Source: an uncultured Verrucomicrobia subdivision 3 bacterium
Lineage (GTDB): Bacteria; Verrucomicrobiota; Verrucomicrobiia; Limisphaerales; UBA11358
Length of the DNA stretch: 64,000 nt
Assembly: GCA_903884535.1 (NCBI GenBank)
Contig: CAISEZ010000045.1
Coordinates: 7,832 to 71,831, forward strand
Direction: 5' to 3'
Shown here piece by piece: positions 40,828 through 51,402 of this stretch. Both the position numbers and the translations under genes were made by a program. Each line of letters opens with the position of its first letter. Within the stretch, counting starts at the first letter, position 1. The notes beneath the pieces were generated by a model, which made no database searches, was not told where the DNA came from, and was given only the letters and a program-made list of their open reading frames with translations.

Positions 40828-41004
40828 AGAACCCCCGCCATTGCCGTGTCGATGTTATCCTTTGAACATGTATTGCTACATGTGGAACTTGCCGGTCGGT
40901 TTTCGACTTCCAGTGAAGGCGTGTCGGCCACCGTCCCGCTTGCTCCGTGATCGTTTAACTTACGGTTCAAGGATTTGATGCGAATCACGAACAGGGCAGG
41001 GAAA
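40828..41004 (-). ncRNA. ssrS: 6S RNA candidate
   Basis: ~180 nt ORF-free segment; 5' CCCUGCC pairs with 3' GGCGGGG, AUCCUUGAAC pairs with GUUCAAAGGAU beside an unpaired bubble; followed by a terminator. Ends approximate. Confidence 0.75.
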
Positions 41005-41208
41005 TTAAATTATTAAAAGAGCAACCGAACTGCTTAATACATCGTCCCGAATGTGTTTCTTCTCAAGAAAAAATTGCAAAAATATTTTCCAGTTTTGCCG
41101 GCAAAAGCTTGCCTTTGTTAACGGGCGGGAGTTTAATCAAATTCTTGTCTCATACTCCGGCCGTTTTTGACTGGTTTTTGCGGCGGATTCCACCAGTCGT
41201 TTGGGCAG

Positions 41209-42201
41209 TCAAACTTTGGGCAGGCCGACCATCTGCTGCGCGTCAACATCCCAGACTTTCAAGCGCAGGCAGCGAAAAATATCCGCCGGATGCAGCGAGG
41301 TGGTTTTGGGTTGGTCCAGCTCGGGGATATTGTCGAGCACTTCCGGCAGCCGATAAAACGGGATGCGGGCGTTCAGATGATGAATATGGTGATAGCCGAT
41401 GTTTGCGGTGAACCACGCCATAATCGGGCCGGTCTTCATGTAGCTCGAAGATTCCAGCGCGGCTTTTTCGTAGGCCCAGCCGTGCCGGTCAAAAAATGAT
41501 ACGCCGGGGAAATTGTGCTGCGCGTAAAACAGATAAGATCCAATGGCGCTGCCAATGAGGTGCGGCAGCAGCAGCGTCAGGAACAGCGTCAACCAGCCGC
41601 CGCAGAAAAAAAACAGTATCACCGCTAGCGTGAGGTGAACCACCGTCGCAATGGCGCAGTCGTAATGTTCCTTCGGGTTGTTGAAAAACGGATAGACGCA
41701 CATGCCCCAGAAAAACACGAACACGTAACCAAACAGGATGGTGGCCGGATGCCGCATGAACAGATATTCAAAGCGCGTCCGTTTGGAGGACCGCAAATAT
41801 TCGGCGCGGGTCATGATCGGATACGATCCGATGTGCGCGCTGCGCAGTTTGGAATTATGCTTGTGGTGATAATTGTGCGACGCGCGCCAGATGCTGCTGG
41901 GGCTGAGCGCCATCACGCCAAAAAAACGCATGAAGTATTCCGCCAGTTTGGATTTCGACAAAATGGCGTGGTGCTGCTGGTCGTGGTAAATCACAAACAA
42001 TCGCAGCAGCAGCAGGCCGGTCAGCACGCTGCAGGCGATGCGCGCGGCCAGCGGGACATGGATTCCGGCGACGTGCGGCAGGGTGCCGGCGACGCAACCC
42101 ACCAAAAGCAAGGTTGTGGAAATGACAACCCACCAGCTTTTCACGGCGAAATCCGCCGCGTAGGGACGGGTGGCCAATATAAGTTCTTTTCCAGATAGCA
42201 T
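41209..42201 (-). CDS. Membrane fatty-acid desaturase
   Basis: Three His boxes HDQQHH, HNYHH, HHIHH plus FYAQHNF and RIPFYRL; TM helices. Confidence 0.92.
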   Translation of the reverse strand: MLSGKELILATRPYAADFAVKSWWVVISTTLLLVGCVAGTLPHVAGIHVPLAARIACSVLTGLLLLRLFVIYHDQQHHAILSKSKLAEYFMRFFGVMALSPSSIWRASHNYHHKHNSKLRSAHIGSYPIMTRAEYLRSSKRTRFEYLFMRHPATILFGYVFVFFWGMCVYPFFNNPKEHYDCAIATVVHLTLAVILFFFCGGWLTLFLTLLLPHLIGSAIGSYLFYAQHNFPGVSFFDRHGWAYEKAALESSSYMKTGPIMAWFTANIGYHHIHHLNARIPFYRLPEVLDNIPELDQPKTTSLHPADIFRCLRLKVWDVDAQQMVGLPKV

Positions 42202-42277
42202 GAGTAGTTAGGCTGCCTCTATATTCGGATGAATCGCAGCATTTGTCCATGCTGACTTCAAAACTTTTGGCGGACGC

Positions 42278-45200
42278 TTAAATTTCCGGTTCGCCGGTTT
42301 CCAGACTTTGGCGGCGTGGAAAATGTGGGTCGGACGCTGCCGGGTTTTGGTCCAGACATCTCCGGACCGTTTCCGCGAGCAGTTGCGCCGGAAACGGCTT
42401 GGGCAGAAAATTGACGCCCGCTTCCAGCGGAAAATCTTTGCCGGCGATGTCGGCACTGTAACCGCTGGCGTAAATCACATTTAATTTCGGATTTTCCAGC
42501 TGCAGCTTTTCGGCCAGCGTTTTTCCAGTGAGGCCGCCGGGCATGACCAGATCGGTCAGCAGCAAATGGATTTCATCGCGGTGCTGTTCCCAGACTTGCA
42601 ATGCTTCGGCGCCGCTGGCCGCGGCCAGCACCCGGTAGCCGAGTTGCGCGAGCGCCCGTTGCACCGCCGAGCGCAACGCGCCATCGTCTTCCACCAGCAA
42701 AATTGTTTCGTTCCCGCCGTGGGCGGCGGCTAGGGCCGTCGGCTCGACTGTTGGATCTGTGGAATTTTTGATCTGGCGCGGCAGGTAAATATGGAAGGTG
42801 GTGCCTTGGCCCAGTTCGCTGTAAACACTGATCCAGCCCTGATGCTGCTGGACGATGCTGAACACGGTGGCCAGCCCAAGGCCGGTGCCTTTGCCCACTT
42901 CTTTGGTGGTGAAAAATGGCTCGAAAATGCGCGGCAAAATTTCCGGCGCGATGCCGCTGCCGGTGTCGCTGACGCTCAACCGGACGAAGGCGCCCGGCCG
43001 GACTTGGCTGGATTGCTGCGCCGCGAGTTCGTCAAATTCCACGGCGGCGGTTTCGATGATCAACTCGCCGCCGTGGGGCATGGCGTCCCGCGAATTCACC
43101 GTGAGATTCATCAGCAACTGATCCATCATGCCCGCGTCGGCGTGGATGAACAACGGTTGCGGCGCGTAGCGGAACTGCATCTGGATGTCTTCACCGAGAA
43201 TCCGCCGCAGCATTTTGGTCATGCCGGTGATGGAATCGCTCAAATCCAGTTCGCGCGGCTGCAGTTTGTTCCGCCGGCTGAACAGCAGCAACTGGCGCGT
43301 AAGGTTGGCGGCGCGGTTGGCGGCGGTCTGGATTTCGTCCAAGCACTCCGCCTGTTCGGGTGAAAAATTGCCTTCTATTTTCGTCAGCTCAATCTGCATT
43401 TGGATGACGGCGAGAATATTGTTGAAGTCATGCGCCACCCCACCGGCGAGCTGGCCGATCGCCTCCATTTTCTGGGACTGGCGCAATTGTTCCTCCAGCA
43501 GGTGCTGCCGGGTGATGTCGCGGGCAATTTTCGAGGCGCCGACAATTTGTCCGTGGCTGTCCCGAATGGGCGAGATGGTGGTCGAAATGCGGATGCGTTT
43601 GCCATCTTTGCGGACGCGCTCCGTCTCGAAATGCTCCACGCTTTCGCCGCGGGCAATCCGGGCCAGAATCTCCGGCTCTTCATTTTTTCGTTCGGCGGGG
43701 ATCAGCATCAGCATGGATTGGCCGACGGCTTCGTTGGCCGGATAGCCGAAAATATTTTCCGCGCCCCGGTTCCAACTGGTGATGATGCCATCGAGGGTTT
43801 TGCTGATGATGGCGTCGTCGGAAGATTCCACGATGACGGCGAACTGCTTCAATTGTTGTTCGCTGGCTTTGCGTTCGGTGATGTCTGCCACCGTGGTCAA
43901 TTCCTCGATGGTGCCGTCGGGATATTTTTCGCGCTGTTGGGAAAAGTTCACCCACACCACCTTGCCGTCCGCATGGACATAGCGTTTCTCGAAGAAATAT
44001 TGTTTCAGCAGCCCGGCTTTCACCTGCTCCAGAAACATTAGCTGAATCGCCTGGTCATCCGGGTGGGTGATCCGGGCGTAAATGTCCGGCTCGTTGTGTT
44101 GGTCGCGCTGGATACCGCAGATGCGCAGGTGGGCGTCGTTGATGATGCGCGAAAACTGGCCGTCCGGAAAAACGGTGTGGAAGGCGATGCCGATGGGCAC
44201 CGTGTCGAAAATCAATTTGAACCGCGCCTGTTCACGGGCAAATTGTTCGCGCGCCAGTTTTTGTTCGGTGATGTCGCTGGCCAGGCCCAGCATGCACCGT
44301 TCACCGGCCAGTTCAATTAGCTCCGCCGAAATGATCAGGTCTCCGACGCTGTTATCCTTTTTTCTAAATTTGATTTCCAGATTTTTGCAGCGGCCAGCGG
44401 TGGTCAGCATCTGGATCATCTGATCTCGTTGTGCGGGATCGTCCCACAAGCCTAAATCGGAAGATTTGCGGCCGATGAGTTCGGCCACGGTGCAACCGTG
44501 GATGCTGGCAAACGCGGCGTTGACTTCCAAAATCTCGCCATCGCTGAACCGGGTGATGACGATGCCGGATGGGCTGAAATTGAAAATGGTGGAAAGCCGG
44601 GCCTCGCTTTCGCGCAGGGTCTGGTCGGCGGCTTCTTGCGCGGTGATGTCGCGGCCGATGCCAATCAGTCCGGCGACTTTTCCCTGTTGGTCGCGCCAGG
44701 CGATCATGTTGGTCACCACCACGCGCGGTTCGCCGACCGGAAAGGTGATGGGGCCTTTGACGGTGCAGAATGAATTTGCCGCCAGCGCCTGCAGTTCCGT
44801 CGCCCGGCAGCGCGTCGCCTCTTCCGGTGGCAGAAAATCGGCGTCCGTGAGGCCCAACATGGCGGCCGGCGTCTGGCCGTAACATTTGGCGAGGGCCGCG
44901 TTGACCACCAAAAACCGGCTTTCCAAGTCCTTGATAAAAATGAAATCCGGCGCCAGATCCATCAGGGTGCGGAGCAGGGCATGTTCCTCCTGGAAACGGT
45001 CCTGAATATTTTTGAGTTCCGTGACATCAAACATGACGCCCTGGGAGCCGGTGATTTTCCCCTGGGCATCAAAGACCGGGCTTTTGACCACATGCAGATG
45101 GCGCGGGTTGCCGTTCGGGCCGGGGTATTCCTCGTCCACTTCAATCGTGCGGCCGGTGCGCATTATTGTCCGGTGATGAGCTTCGCCTCCGATTGAATAG

Positions 45201-46936
45201 TCCGGCTGGTTCCTTTCCAGTTCGAAATGGCGATGTTCGCCCGGCATTTTACCCAGCAGGGATTCCGGTTGAATCCCCTTGAGCTGGCCGAGCCAGGAAT
45301 TGGCGAACACATACCGGCCGGCAGCATCCTTGCGAAAAACGCCGGCCGGCATCTGGTCCACCAGCGAATGGTAAAGCGCCTCGGATTCGAGCAGGGCCAG
45401 CTCGGCCAGCCGGTGCGCGGTGACGTCCAACATGATTCCCTGGGAGCCAACAATTTTCCCGTCGGCGGCAAAGACCGGGGATTTTACGACATGGAAATAG
45501 AGGGTTTGACCGTCGGCGCGGAGATATTTTTCGTCCGCTTCAATGCGTTCGCCCGTGCGCAGGATCTGTTCGTGATGGCTGACACCATCGGCGGCCAGGG
45601 CTTTGTCCTCCAGCCCCAGTTCCAAAGCGGTTTTCCCCATAAACTGCTCCGCCGACATGGCCTTGAGATTGCAGAAGTTTGAATTGACGAACACATACCG
45701 GCCGGCGGCATCCTTGCGAAAAATGCCCGCCGGCATCTGGGCCACCAGGGAATGGTAAAGCGCCTGGGTTTCCCGGATGGCGGCTTGGGCCTTGATCCGG
45801 TCCGTGATGTCCTGTATCGCGCCGCAGACCCGCACCACCTTGCCATTTTCCACCACCGGCTGGCCAATGGTGCGGACCCATTTGTGAATGCCTTTGGCGG
45901 AAATAAATTCCAGTTCCAGATCGTAAGGCGTGCCGTGTTGGACTGCCGCCGTGACGGCGGCCTCGATTTTCGTGCGCGACTCGCCGGGATAAAAACTCAA
46001 GCCCATTTCTTTATTCGGCTTGGTGTGAGAATCCAAATCGTGGATGAGCGCCACTTCTTCGCCCCATTGGCCCGCGCCGGTAGCCGGATCAAATTCCCAG
46101 CCGCCCACCTTGGCGATGTGGCCGGTCTGCTGCAAAATACGCCGGTTGCGGAGCAGCACGTCTTCCGCTTTTTTCTTCGCCGTGTTGTCGCGAAACACCA
46201 GCACCACGCCGATGATGCGGCCATCCGCCTGCCGGATCGGCGCGCCGCTGTCGTCAATGATGAATTCCCGTCCGCCCCGCGAAATCAGAACCGTGTGGTT
46301 CGCCAGGCCGACGACGGAGTTACTGCGGAAAACTTTTTTGACCGGATCCTCCACCGTCTCCCGCGTTTCCTCGTTGACGATGCGAAACACCGTGGGCAGC
46401 GGCTGGCCGGCGGCGTCGGTGTTCGTCCAGCCCGTCAGCCGTTCCGCTTCCTGATTCAGGAAAGTGACATTGCCCTGAACATCCGTCGTGATCACCGCAT
46501 CGCCGATGCTCGTCAGCGTCACCGTCAGCAATCTTTGGTTGGCATCCGCCCGCCGGCGGGCGCGATGCAATGCTTCGTTCAGGGCGCAGGCCAAAATCCC
46601 GCCGATCACAAAGATCAGCCATTGCGCGAAATCCATCGGACCGTGAAATGAAAAACTGTGGTAGGGCGGAATGAGATAATATTCCGCGCCGACAGCGGCG
46701 AGGACTGTGGCAACCAAGCCCGGGCCAAGTCCGCCCAAGTAGGCGCTGACAAGGATGGGAATGAAGAAAAGAACGAGCACCGGACGATTGTCGCCAATCC
46801 ACGGGGACAGGCTCAAGCGAGCCAGCAGCGCCAGCCATGTCACCACGGCCGCAAACCCGTAAGCAAACCAGCGCGACCGCCAAAAGGCGGAAGATTTCGG
46901 TTGGCCGGTGCCGGTTAAGTTAGGCTGCTGATCCAT
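42278..46936 (-). CDS. DUF4118-anchored multi-PAS hybrid histidine kinase with receiver domain
   Basis: N-terminal TM bundle ([11 protein letters not shown]), about seven PAS-PAC units, [42 protein letters not shown], receiver. Probable start ATG 46936 (track extends to 46999). Confidence 0.93.
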   Translation of the reverse strand: MDQQPNLTGTGQPKSSAFWRSRWFAYGFAAVVTWLALLARLSLSPWIGDNRPVLVLFFIPILVSAYLGGLGPGLVATVLAAVGAEYYLIPPYHSFSFHGPMDFAQWLIFVIGGILACALNEALHRARRRADANQRLLTVTLTSIGDAVITTDVQGNVTFLNQEAERLTGWTNTDAAGQPLPTVFRIVNEETRETVEDPVKKVFRSNSVVGLANHTVLISRGGREFIIDDSGAPIRQADGRIIGVVLVFRDNTAKKKAEDVLLRNRRILQQTGHIAKVGGWEFDPATGAGQWGEEVALIHDLDSHTKPNKEMGLSFYPGESRTKIEAAVTAAVQHGTPYDLELEFISAKGIHKWVRTIGQPVVENGKVVRVCGAIQDITDRIKAQAAIRETQALYHSLVAQMPAGIFRKDAAGRYVFVNSNFCNLKAMSAEQFMGKTALELGLEDKALAADGVSHHEQILRTGERIEADEKYLRADGQTLYFHVVKSPVFAADGKIVGSQGIMLDVTAHRLAELALLESEALYHSLVDQMPAGVFRKDAAGRYVFANSWLGQLKGIQPESLLGKMPGEHRHFELERNQPDYSIGGEAHHRTIMRTGRTIEVDEEYPGPNGNPRHLHVVKSPVFDAQGKITGSQGVMFDVTELKNIQDRFQEEHALLRTLMDLAPDFIFIKDLESRFLVVNAALAKCYGQTPAAMLGLTDADFLPPEEATRCRATELQALAANSFCTVKGPITFPVGEPRVVVTNMIAWRDQQGKVAGLIGIGRDITAQEAADQTLRESEARLSTIFNFSPSGIVITRFSDGEILEVNAAFASIHGCTVAELIGRKSSDLGLWDDPAQRDQMIQMLTTAGRCKNLEIKFRKKDNSVGDLIISAELIELAGERCMLGLASDITEQKLAREQFAREQARFKLIFDTVPIGIAFHTVFPDGQFSRIINDAHLRICGIQRDQHNEPDIYARITHPDDQAIQLMFLEQVKAGLLKQYFFEKRYVHADGKVVWVNFSQQREKYPDGTIEELTTVADITERKASEQQLKQFAVIVESSDDAIISKTLDGIITSWNRGAENIFGYPANEAVGQSMLMLIPAERKNEEPEILARIARGESVEHFETERVRKDGKRIRISTTISPIRDSHGQIVGASKIARDITRQHLLEEQLRQSQKMEAIGQLAGGVAHDFNNILAVIQMQIELTKIEGNFSPEQAECLDEIQTAANRAANLTRQLLLFSRRNKLQPRELDLSDSITGMTKMLRRILGEDIQMQFRYAPQPLFIHADAGMMDQLLMNLTVNSRDAMPHGGELIIETAAVEFDELAAQQSSQVRPGAFVRLSVSDTGSGIAPEILPRIFEPFFTTKEVGKGTGLGLATVFSIVQQHQGWISVYSELGQGTTFHIYLPRQIKNSTDPTVEPTALAAAHGGNETILLVEDDGALRSAVQRALAQLGYRVLAAASGAEALQVWEQHRDEIHLLLTDLVMPGGLTGKTLAEKLQLENPKLNVIYASGYSADIAGKDFPLEAGVNFLPKPFPAQLLAETVRRCLDQNPAASDPHFPRRQSLETGEPEI

Positions 46937-47073
46937 CGGGGTGCTTGTAGCGGGCGTAAAGCTGGTCGGACAAATTAAGCGGCTTTCGCAATCTTGCAAC
47001 TGATATTCCTGCGGTCAAATTCCAACTCGCTTTTGGTCGCGCATTCCTGCTAATTTGCCCGTCTGATTTTACC

Positions 47074-50034
47074 ATGATGACATCGACCCAAATCCGCCAG
47101 TCCTTTATGGATTTCTTCCGCTCCAAGCAGCACACCGTCGTGCCGTCTTCGAGCCTCATGCCCGACTCGCCGAACCTCCTGTTCACGAACGCCGGCATGA
47201 ACCAGTTCGTGCCCATTTTTCTCGGCCAGACGAAATGTCCTTACACGCCCGGCCGCGCGGCGGACACCCAGAAATGCATCCGCGCCGGCGGCAAGCACAA
47301 CGACCTCGACGATGTCGGCCTGGACACGTATCACCACACTTTTTTCGAAATGCTCGGCAATTGGAGCTTCGGCGATTATTTCAAGAAGGAAGCCATCGAG
47401 TGGGCGTGGGAACTCGTCGTCGGCATTTGGAAATTTCCGCCGCAGCGGCTTTACGCCACGGTTTACTCACCGGACAAATCCAAGAACGATCCGAGCGAGT
47501 TCGATCAGGAAGCCTGGGGTTTTTGGGCGGAAAAATTTCGCAGTGTCGGCCTTGATCCCGCCGTCCACATCGTCAACGGCAACAAGAAGGACAATTTCTG
47601 GATGATGGGTGAGACTGGTCCCTGCGGCCCGTGTTCCGAACTGCACGTGGATTTGACGCCGAACGGCGACACGCGCGGCAGCCTTGTGAACAAAGGCGAT
47701 GCGCGCTGCATTGAAATCTGGAATCTCGTCTTCATCCAGTTCAATGCCAATCCCGACGGAACATTTTCGCCGCTGCCCGCGCAGCATGTGGATACCGGCA
47801 TGGGTTTCGAGCGCGCCACCAGCATCATCCAAGGCACGAAGAATTTTTCCGATTTCGCCAACGCCAAGATTTCCAATTACGAGACCGACATTTTTCGCCC
47901 CATTTTCGACGTGCTGGAAAAGATGAGCGGCAAGAAATACGGCAGCACATTGCCCGGCGACGCGGTTGCGAAAGTTACAAACGCCGAGCCGCTGAAAACT
48001 TCCGGCGAAGCACGTGGAAATATCACTGAAGTTGCCGCCAGCGAGGCCGGTGCGCATCCCGGCTCAACGGGGGATGATGAAGATATTTCCATTGCCGCAC
48101 CTGGCGCGGAACAAATTCAACTCGATATTGCCTTCCGCGTCATTGCCGACCACATCCGCACGCTCTCGTTTGCGATTGCCGACGGCATCCAGCCCGGCAA
48201 CAACGACCGCAACTACGTTTTGCGCCGCATCCTGCGCCGCGCCGTCCGCTACGGTCGCACGCTCGGTTTCAAGGAGCCGTTCTTCTACAAGCTCGTGGAC
48301 GTGCTCGCCGACACCATGGGCGACGTTTTCCCCGAAATCCGCGCCCGGAAGAAGCAAGTGCAGGAAACCATCCAGCGCGAGGAAGAGGCGTTTAATAAGA
48401 CGCTTGATCGAGGGATTGAATTGTTTGACAAGATGATTGACGTTTTATTTTACGAACAAGAGAGCAAAGAAGATTTCAAACTCTGGATTACCCATTCACT
48501 TCCAAAAGAGGGCAAGCCGTCAGTGGAATTAGAACGAGGAAATAAGAAGACCTCAACAACTGTTCGCCGCCCCAGAGATCCGCGCCCAACTCAGTTTAAT
48601 GCCGATTGGGCTTTCCTACTTTACGACACCTACGGCTTTCCGCTCGACCTCACCGAATTGATGGCACGTGAGCGTGGTTTGACCGTGGACAAAGCTGGGT
48701 TTGAAGGTTTGATGGAAATGCAGCGCGCTCGCGCCCGCGCCGCGCAGAAGAAGCAAGTCATTTCGCTGTCGCAAATCGAAACCACCACGCCCACGAAATT
48801 CGTCGGCTACGAGGCACTAGCCGTGCCGGCCAAAGTGCTTGAAGTTGTCTCCTTGAAGGACAAGACCGCTGTCATTCTCGACACCAGCGCGTGCTACGCC
48901 GAAATGGGCGGTCAGGTCGGCGACACTGCTGAGCTGACCGGCAGCGGCCAGCTCTGGCGCGTCACCAACACGCAGAAATCCGGCAACACATTTTTGCATT
49001 TCGTCGAAGGCGGCGATGCTCCGTCCGTTGGCGCAGCTGTCACGCTCGCCGTTGAAAAGTCTCGCCGCGATGCGATTCAACGGCATCACACGGTGACGCA
49101 TTTGTTGCATTGGGCTTTGCACGAAGTCGCGAGTAAAGAGGCTTCGCAAAAAGGTTCGTTCGTCGGGCCGGACAAGTTGACGTTCGACTTCAACAGCGCG
49201 CCGCTCACACCCGTGCAGGTCGCCGACATTGAAAAATTGGTCAACGAACGCATCCTCGAAAACGCCGGCGTTTCCTGGACGGAAGTTGCCCACGCCGACG
49301 TGAAGCATCGCAAGGACGTGATGCAATTCTTTGGCGACAAATACGGGGACACCGTCCGCGTCGTCCAAATCGGCGGCGAGGCGAATAAATTAAACGGCTA
49401 TTCGATGGAACTCTGCGGCGGCACGCACACGCGCGCCACCGGCGAGATCGGGTTGTTCCGCATTGTTAGCGAAGCCGCGGTGGCTGCGGGCGTGCGGCGC
49501 ATCGAAGCGGTTGCTGGGCTCACGGCTTACGAACTGGCCAACGAACAATTGCAGCTCATCAAAAATATTGCCGGCAAAATCAATTCGCCCGTCGGCGAAT
49601 TGGAAAAGAAGATCGAGGCGTTGCTCGCGCAGCAAAAGGAAAGCGACAAGCTGCTCAAAGCGGCCCAGCAGCGCGAGGCCGCCAACGTCGCCAGCAATTT
49701 GCTGGGACATGCGCACGCCGTGAACGGCGTGCCGGCGATCATTCACAATGTCGGCGGCGTGGACGGCGATTTTCTCCAGTCCGTGGCGGATTCGTTGAAA
49801 GGCCGGTTTCAAGGCGTGATCGTGCTCGGCGGAGCGAGCAACGGCGCGGTTTCATTGATCGCCGCCGTGACGCCTGATTTTACGGCCAAGATTCAGGCCG
49901 GAAAAATTATTCAAACCATCGCGCCCATCGTCGGCGGCAAGGGCGGCGGCAAGCCGGACAATGCGCGCGGCGGCGGCAAGGATGCCAGCAAGCTGGACGA
50001 GGCACTGGCCAAGGCGAAGAGTTTGCTCGGATGA
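47074..50034 (+). CDS. alaS: Alanine--tRNA ligase
   Basis: LLFTNAGMNQF, HHTFFEMLGNWSFGDYFK, GPCGPCSE, DTGMGFER, RVIADHIR, LYDTYGFP, HHTVTHLLH, ELCGGTH, GGKGGGKP. Confidence 0.99.
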   Translation: MMTSTQIRQSFMDFFRSKQHTVVPSSSLMPDSPNLLFTNAGMNQFVPIFLGQTKCPYTPGRAADTQKCIRAGGKHNDLDDVGLDTYHHTFFEMLGNWSFGDYFKKEAIEWAWELVVGIWKFPPQRLYATVYSPDKSKNDPSEFDQEAWGFWAEKFRSVGLDPAVHIVNGNKKDNFWMMGETGPCGPCSELHVDLTPNGDTRGSLVNKGDARCIEIWNLVFIQFNANPDGTFSPLPAQHVDTGMGFERATSIIQGTKNFSDFANAKISNYETDIFRPIFDVLEKMSGKKYGSTLPGDAVAKVTNAEPLKTSGEARGNITEVAASEAGAHPGSTGDDEDISIAAPGAEQIQLDIAFRVIADHIRTLSFAIADGIQPGNNDRNYVLRRILRRAVRYGRTLGFKEPFFYKLVDVLADTMGDVFPEIRARKKQVQETIQREEEAFNKTLDRGIELFDKMIDVLFYEQESKEDFKLWITHSLPKEGKPSVELERGNKKTSTTVRRPRDPRPTQFNADWAFLLYDTYGFPLDLTELMARERGLTVDKAGFEGLMEMQRARARAAQKKQVISLSQIETTTPTKFVGYEALAVPAKVLEVVSLKDKTAVILDTSACYAEMGGQVGDTAELTGSGQLWRVTNTQKSGNTFLHFVEGGDAPSVGAAVTLAVEKSRRDAIQRHHTVTHLLHWALHEVASKEASQKGSFVGPDKLTFDFNSAPLTPVQVADIEKLVNERILENAGVSWTEVAHADVKHRKDVMQFFGDKYGDTVRVVQIGGEANKLNGYSMELCGGTHTRATGEIGLFRIVSEAAVAAGVRRIEAVAGLTAYELANEQLQLIKNIAGKINSPVGELEKKIEALLAQQKESDKLLKAAQQREAANVASNLLGHAHAVNGVPAIIHNVGGVDGDFLQSVADSLKGRFQGVIVLGGASNGAVSLIAAVTPDFTAKIQAGKIIQTIAPIVGGKGGGKPDNARGGGKDASKLDEALAKAKSLLG

Positions 50035-50408
50035 GCCACGAGCGTCCTCTTTACGAACGGCTCGGTCAGCACGAAGGCATTCTCAAGCTGATCAAACCGT
50101 TTTATGCCGATGTCCGTCAGCATGCGGTCCTCGGACCGATTTTTAATGCGCACGTCCAGGATTGGCCAGCGCATCTGAACAAGATTGCCGGCTTCTGGAT
50201 GGTGCAGGCGGGCGGACAATCGGAGTATCGCGGCGGGTTCGCGGGCGCGCACATGGCGCTCGGGTTGCAGGCGGAACATTTTCAGCACTGGCTCGGCTTG
50301 TGGGAATTGAACAATGCGCGATCGCTCGCGCCGCGCGAAGCGGAGGAGATGAATGCGCTGGCCCACCGGCTGGCGTCACGGCTGTTCGCCGTCACGCGTC
50401 CTCGCTGA
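50031..50408 (+). CDS. Group III truncated hemoglobin
   Basis: FYADVRQHAVLGPIF...DWPAHL.KIAGFW...AHM.L....HF..WL.LW; ATGA overlap with the alaS stop. Confidence 0.88.
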   Translation: MSHERPLYERLGQHEGILKLIKPFYADVRQHAVLGPIFNAHVQDWPAHLNKIAGFWMVQAGGQSEYRGGFAGAHMALGLQAEHFQHWLGLWELNNARSLAPREAEEMNALAHRLASRLFAVTRPR

Positions 50409-50510
50409 TCTTTGATGTCGGTTGAAATGAGTGTTAGTGGCGGCGCTGATTTTTCTTTTGATAAGTGAGGTTGGAAACCAGTAGTGTGAGGCAGGCTGAT
50501 TTTCAGAATT

Positions 50511-51374
50511 ATGCAATGTTGGTTGGAAAACGAAACCGGCGAGCAAATCCCACTTCTGGGAACGTGCAGCATTGGCCGTGCGGTCGAGAATGCGCTGGCC
50601 ATCAACGATACGAAAGTTTCCCGGCGTCATGCCATCATCCACGCACAGGGCGGCGGCTTTTATCTAGTGGATCTTGGCAGCCGCAACGGCACGCTGCTGA
50701 ACGGCCAGCGGTTGCGTATTCCGGCGCAGCTCAAGGACGGCGACCAAATTCAAATCTCCAATAAAATTCTCAAGTTCCGCGCGGTGGAACCGGTGGTGTT
50801 AAAGGACGAGGCGGAAGAAGTGGACGAGTGGGACACGCAAACCCGCACCGCCGCGCAATCCGGCCGGACGAGCGCCTGCTGGCTCCTGGTGGCGGACATC
50901 CGCTCCTTCACCAAGATGAGCCAGGCCTTTCCCCAGGACGAACTGGCCCAGATGGTGGGCAAATGGGTGTTCGCAAACAAACAGACTATCGAGGAAACTC
51001 GGGGCGTCATCAACAAATATCTCGGCGACGGCTATCTGGCGTTTTGGCCGCATGCCTCCACCCAGCCGGAGGACATTGCCCGGACCATTCAAGCGCTCCG
51101 ACAGCTCCAGGCAACCGCCACCATGCAATTTCGCATCGTGCTGCACCACGGATTGATCCACATGGACAGCTCGTTGTCGCATGGCGAGGACAACATCATC
51201 GGCCCGGAAGTGAATTTTATTTTCCGCATGGAAAAAGTCTGTGGCGCGTTGAATCAGTTCTGTCTCCTGAGTGATGCCGCGGCCCAACTGCTGAAGCCCT
51301 TCGTTCAACTTTCCCCGCAAGGCGCGCATTCCCTGTCGGGATTCGAAGGCCAGCACGCGATGTATTCCTGCTGA
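50511..51374 (+). CDS. FHA domain + class III adenylate/guanylate cyclase
   Basis: IGR...VSRRHA...DLGSRNGT (FHA); LVADIRSFT, KYLGDG, IIGPEVN..FRME (cyclase). Confidence 0.92.
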   Translation: MQCWLENETGEQIPLLGTCSIGRAVENALAINDTKVSRRHAIIHAQGGGFYLVDLGSRNGTLLNGQRLRIPAQLKDGDQIQISNKILKFRAVEPVVLKDEAEEVDEWDTQTRTAAQSGRTSACWLLVADIRSFTKMSQAFPQDELAQMVGKWVFANKQTIEETRGVINKYLGDGYLAFWPHASTQPEDIARTIQALRQLQATATMQFRIVLHHGLIHMDSSLSHGEDNIIGPEVNFIFRMEKVCGALNQFCLLSDAAAQLLKPFVQLSPQGAHSLSGFEGQHAMYSC

Positions 51375-51402
51375 TGGCCCGCGCTGACGGCAGCGGGTGA
51401 AA

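Noticed and set aside
47956-48620. Intein or intron in alaS
   Set aside because: Inserts are short, in frame and lack intein terminal residues or an endonuclease.
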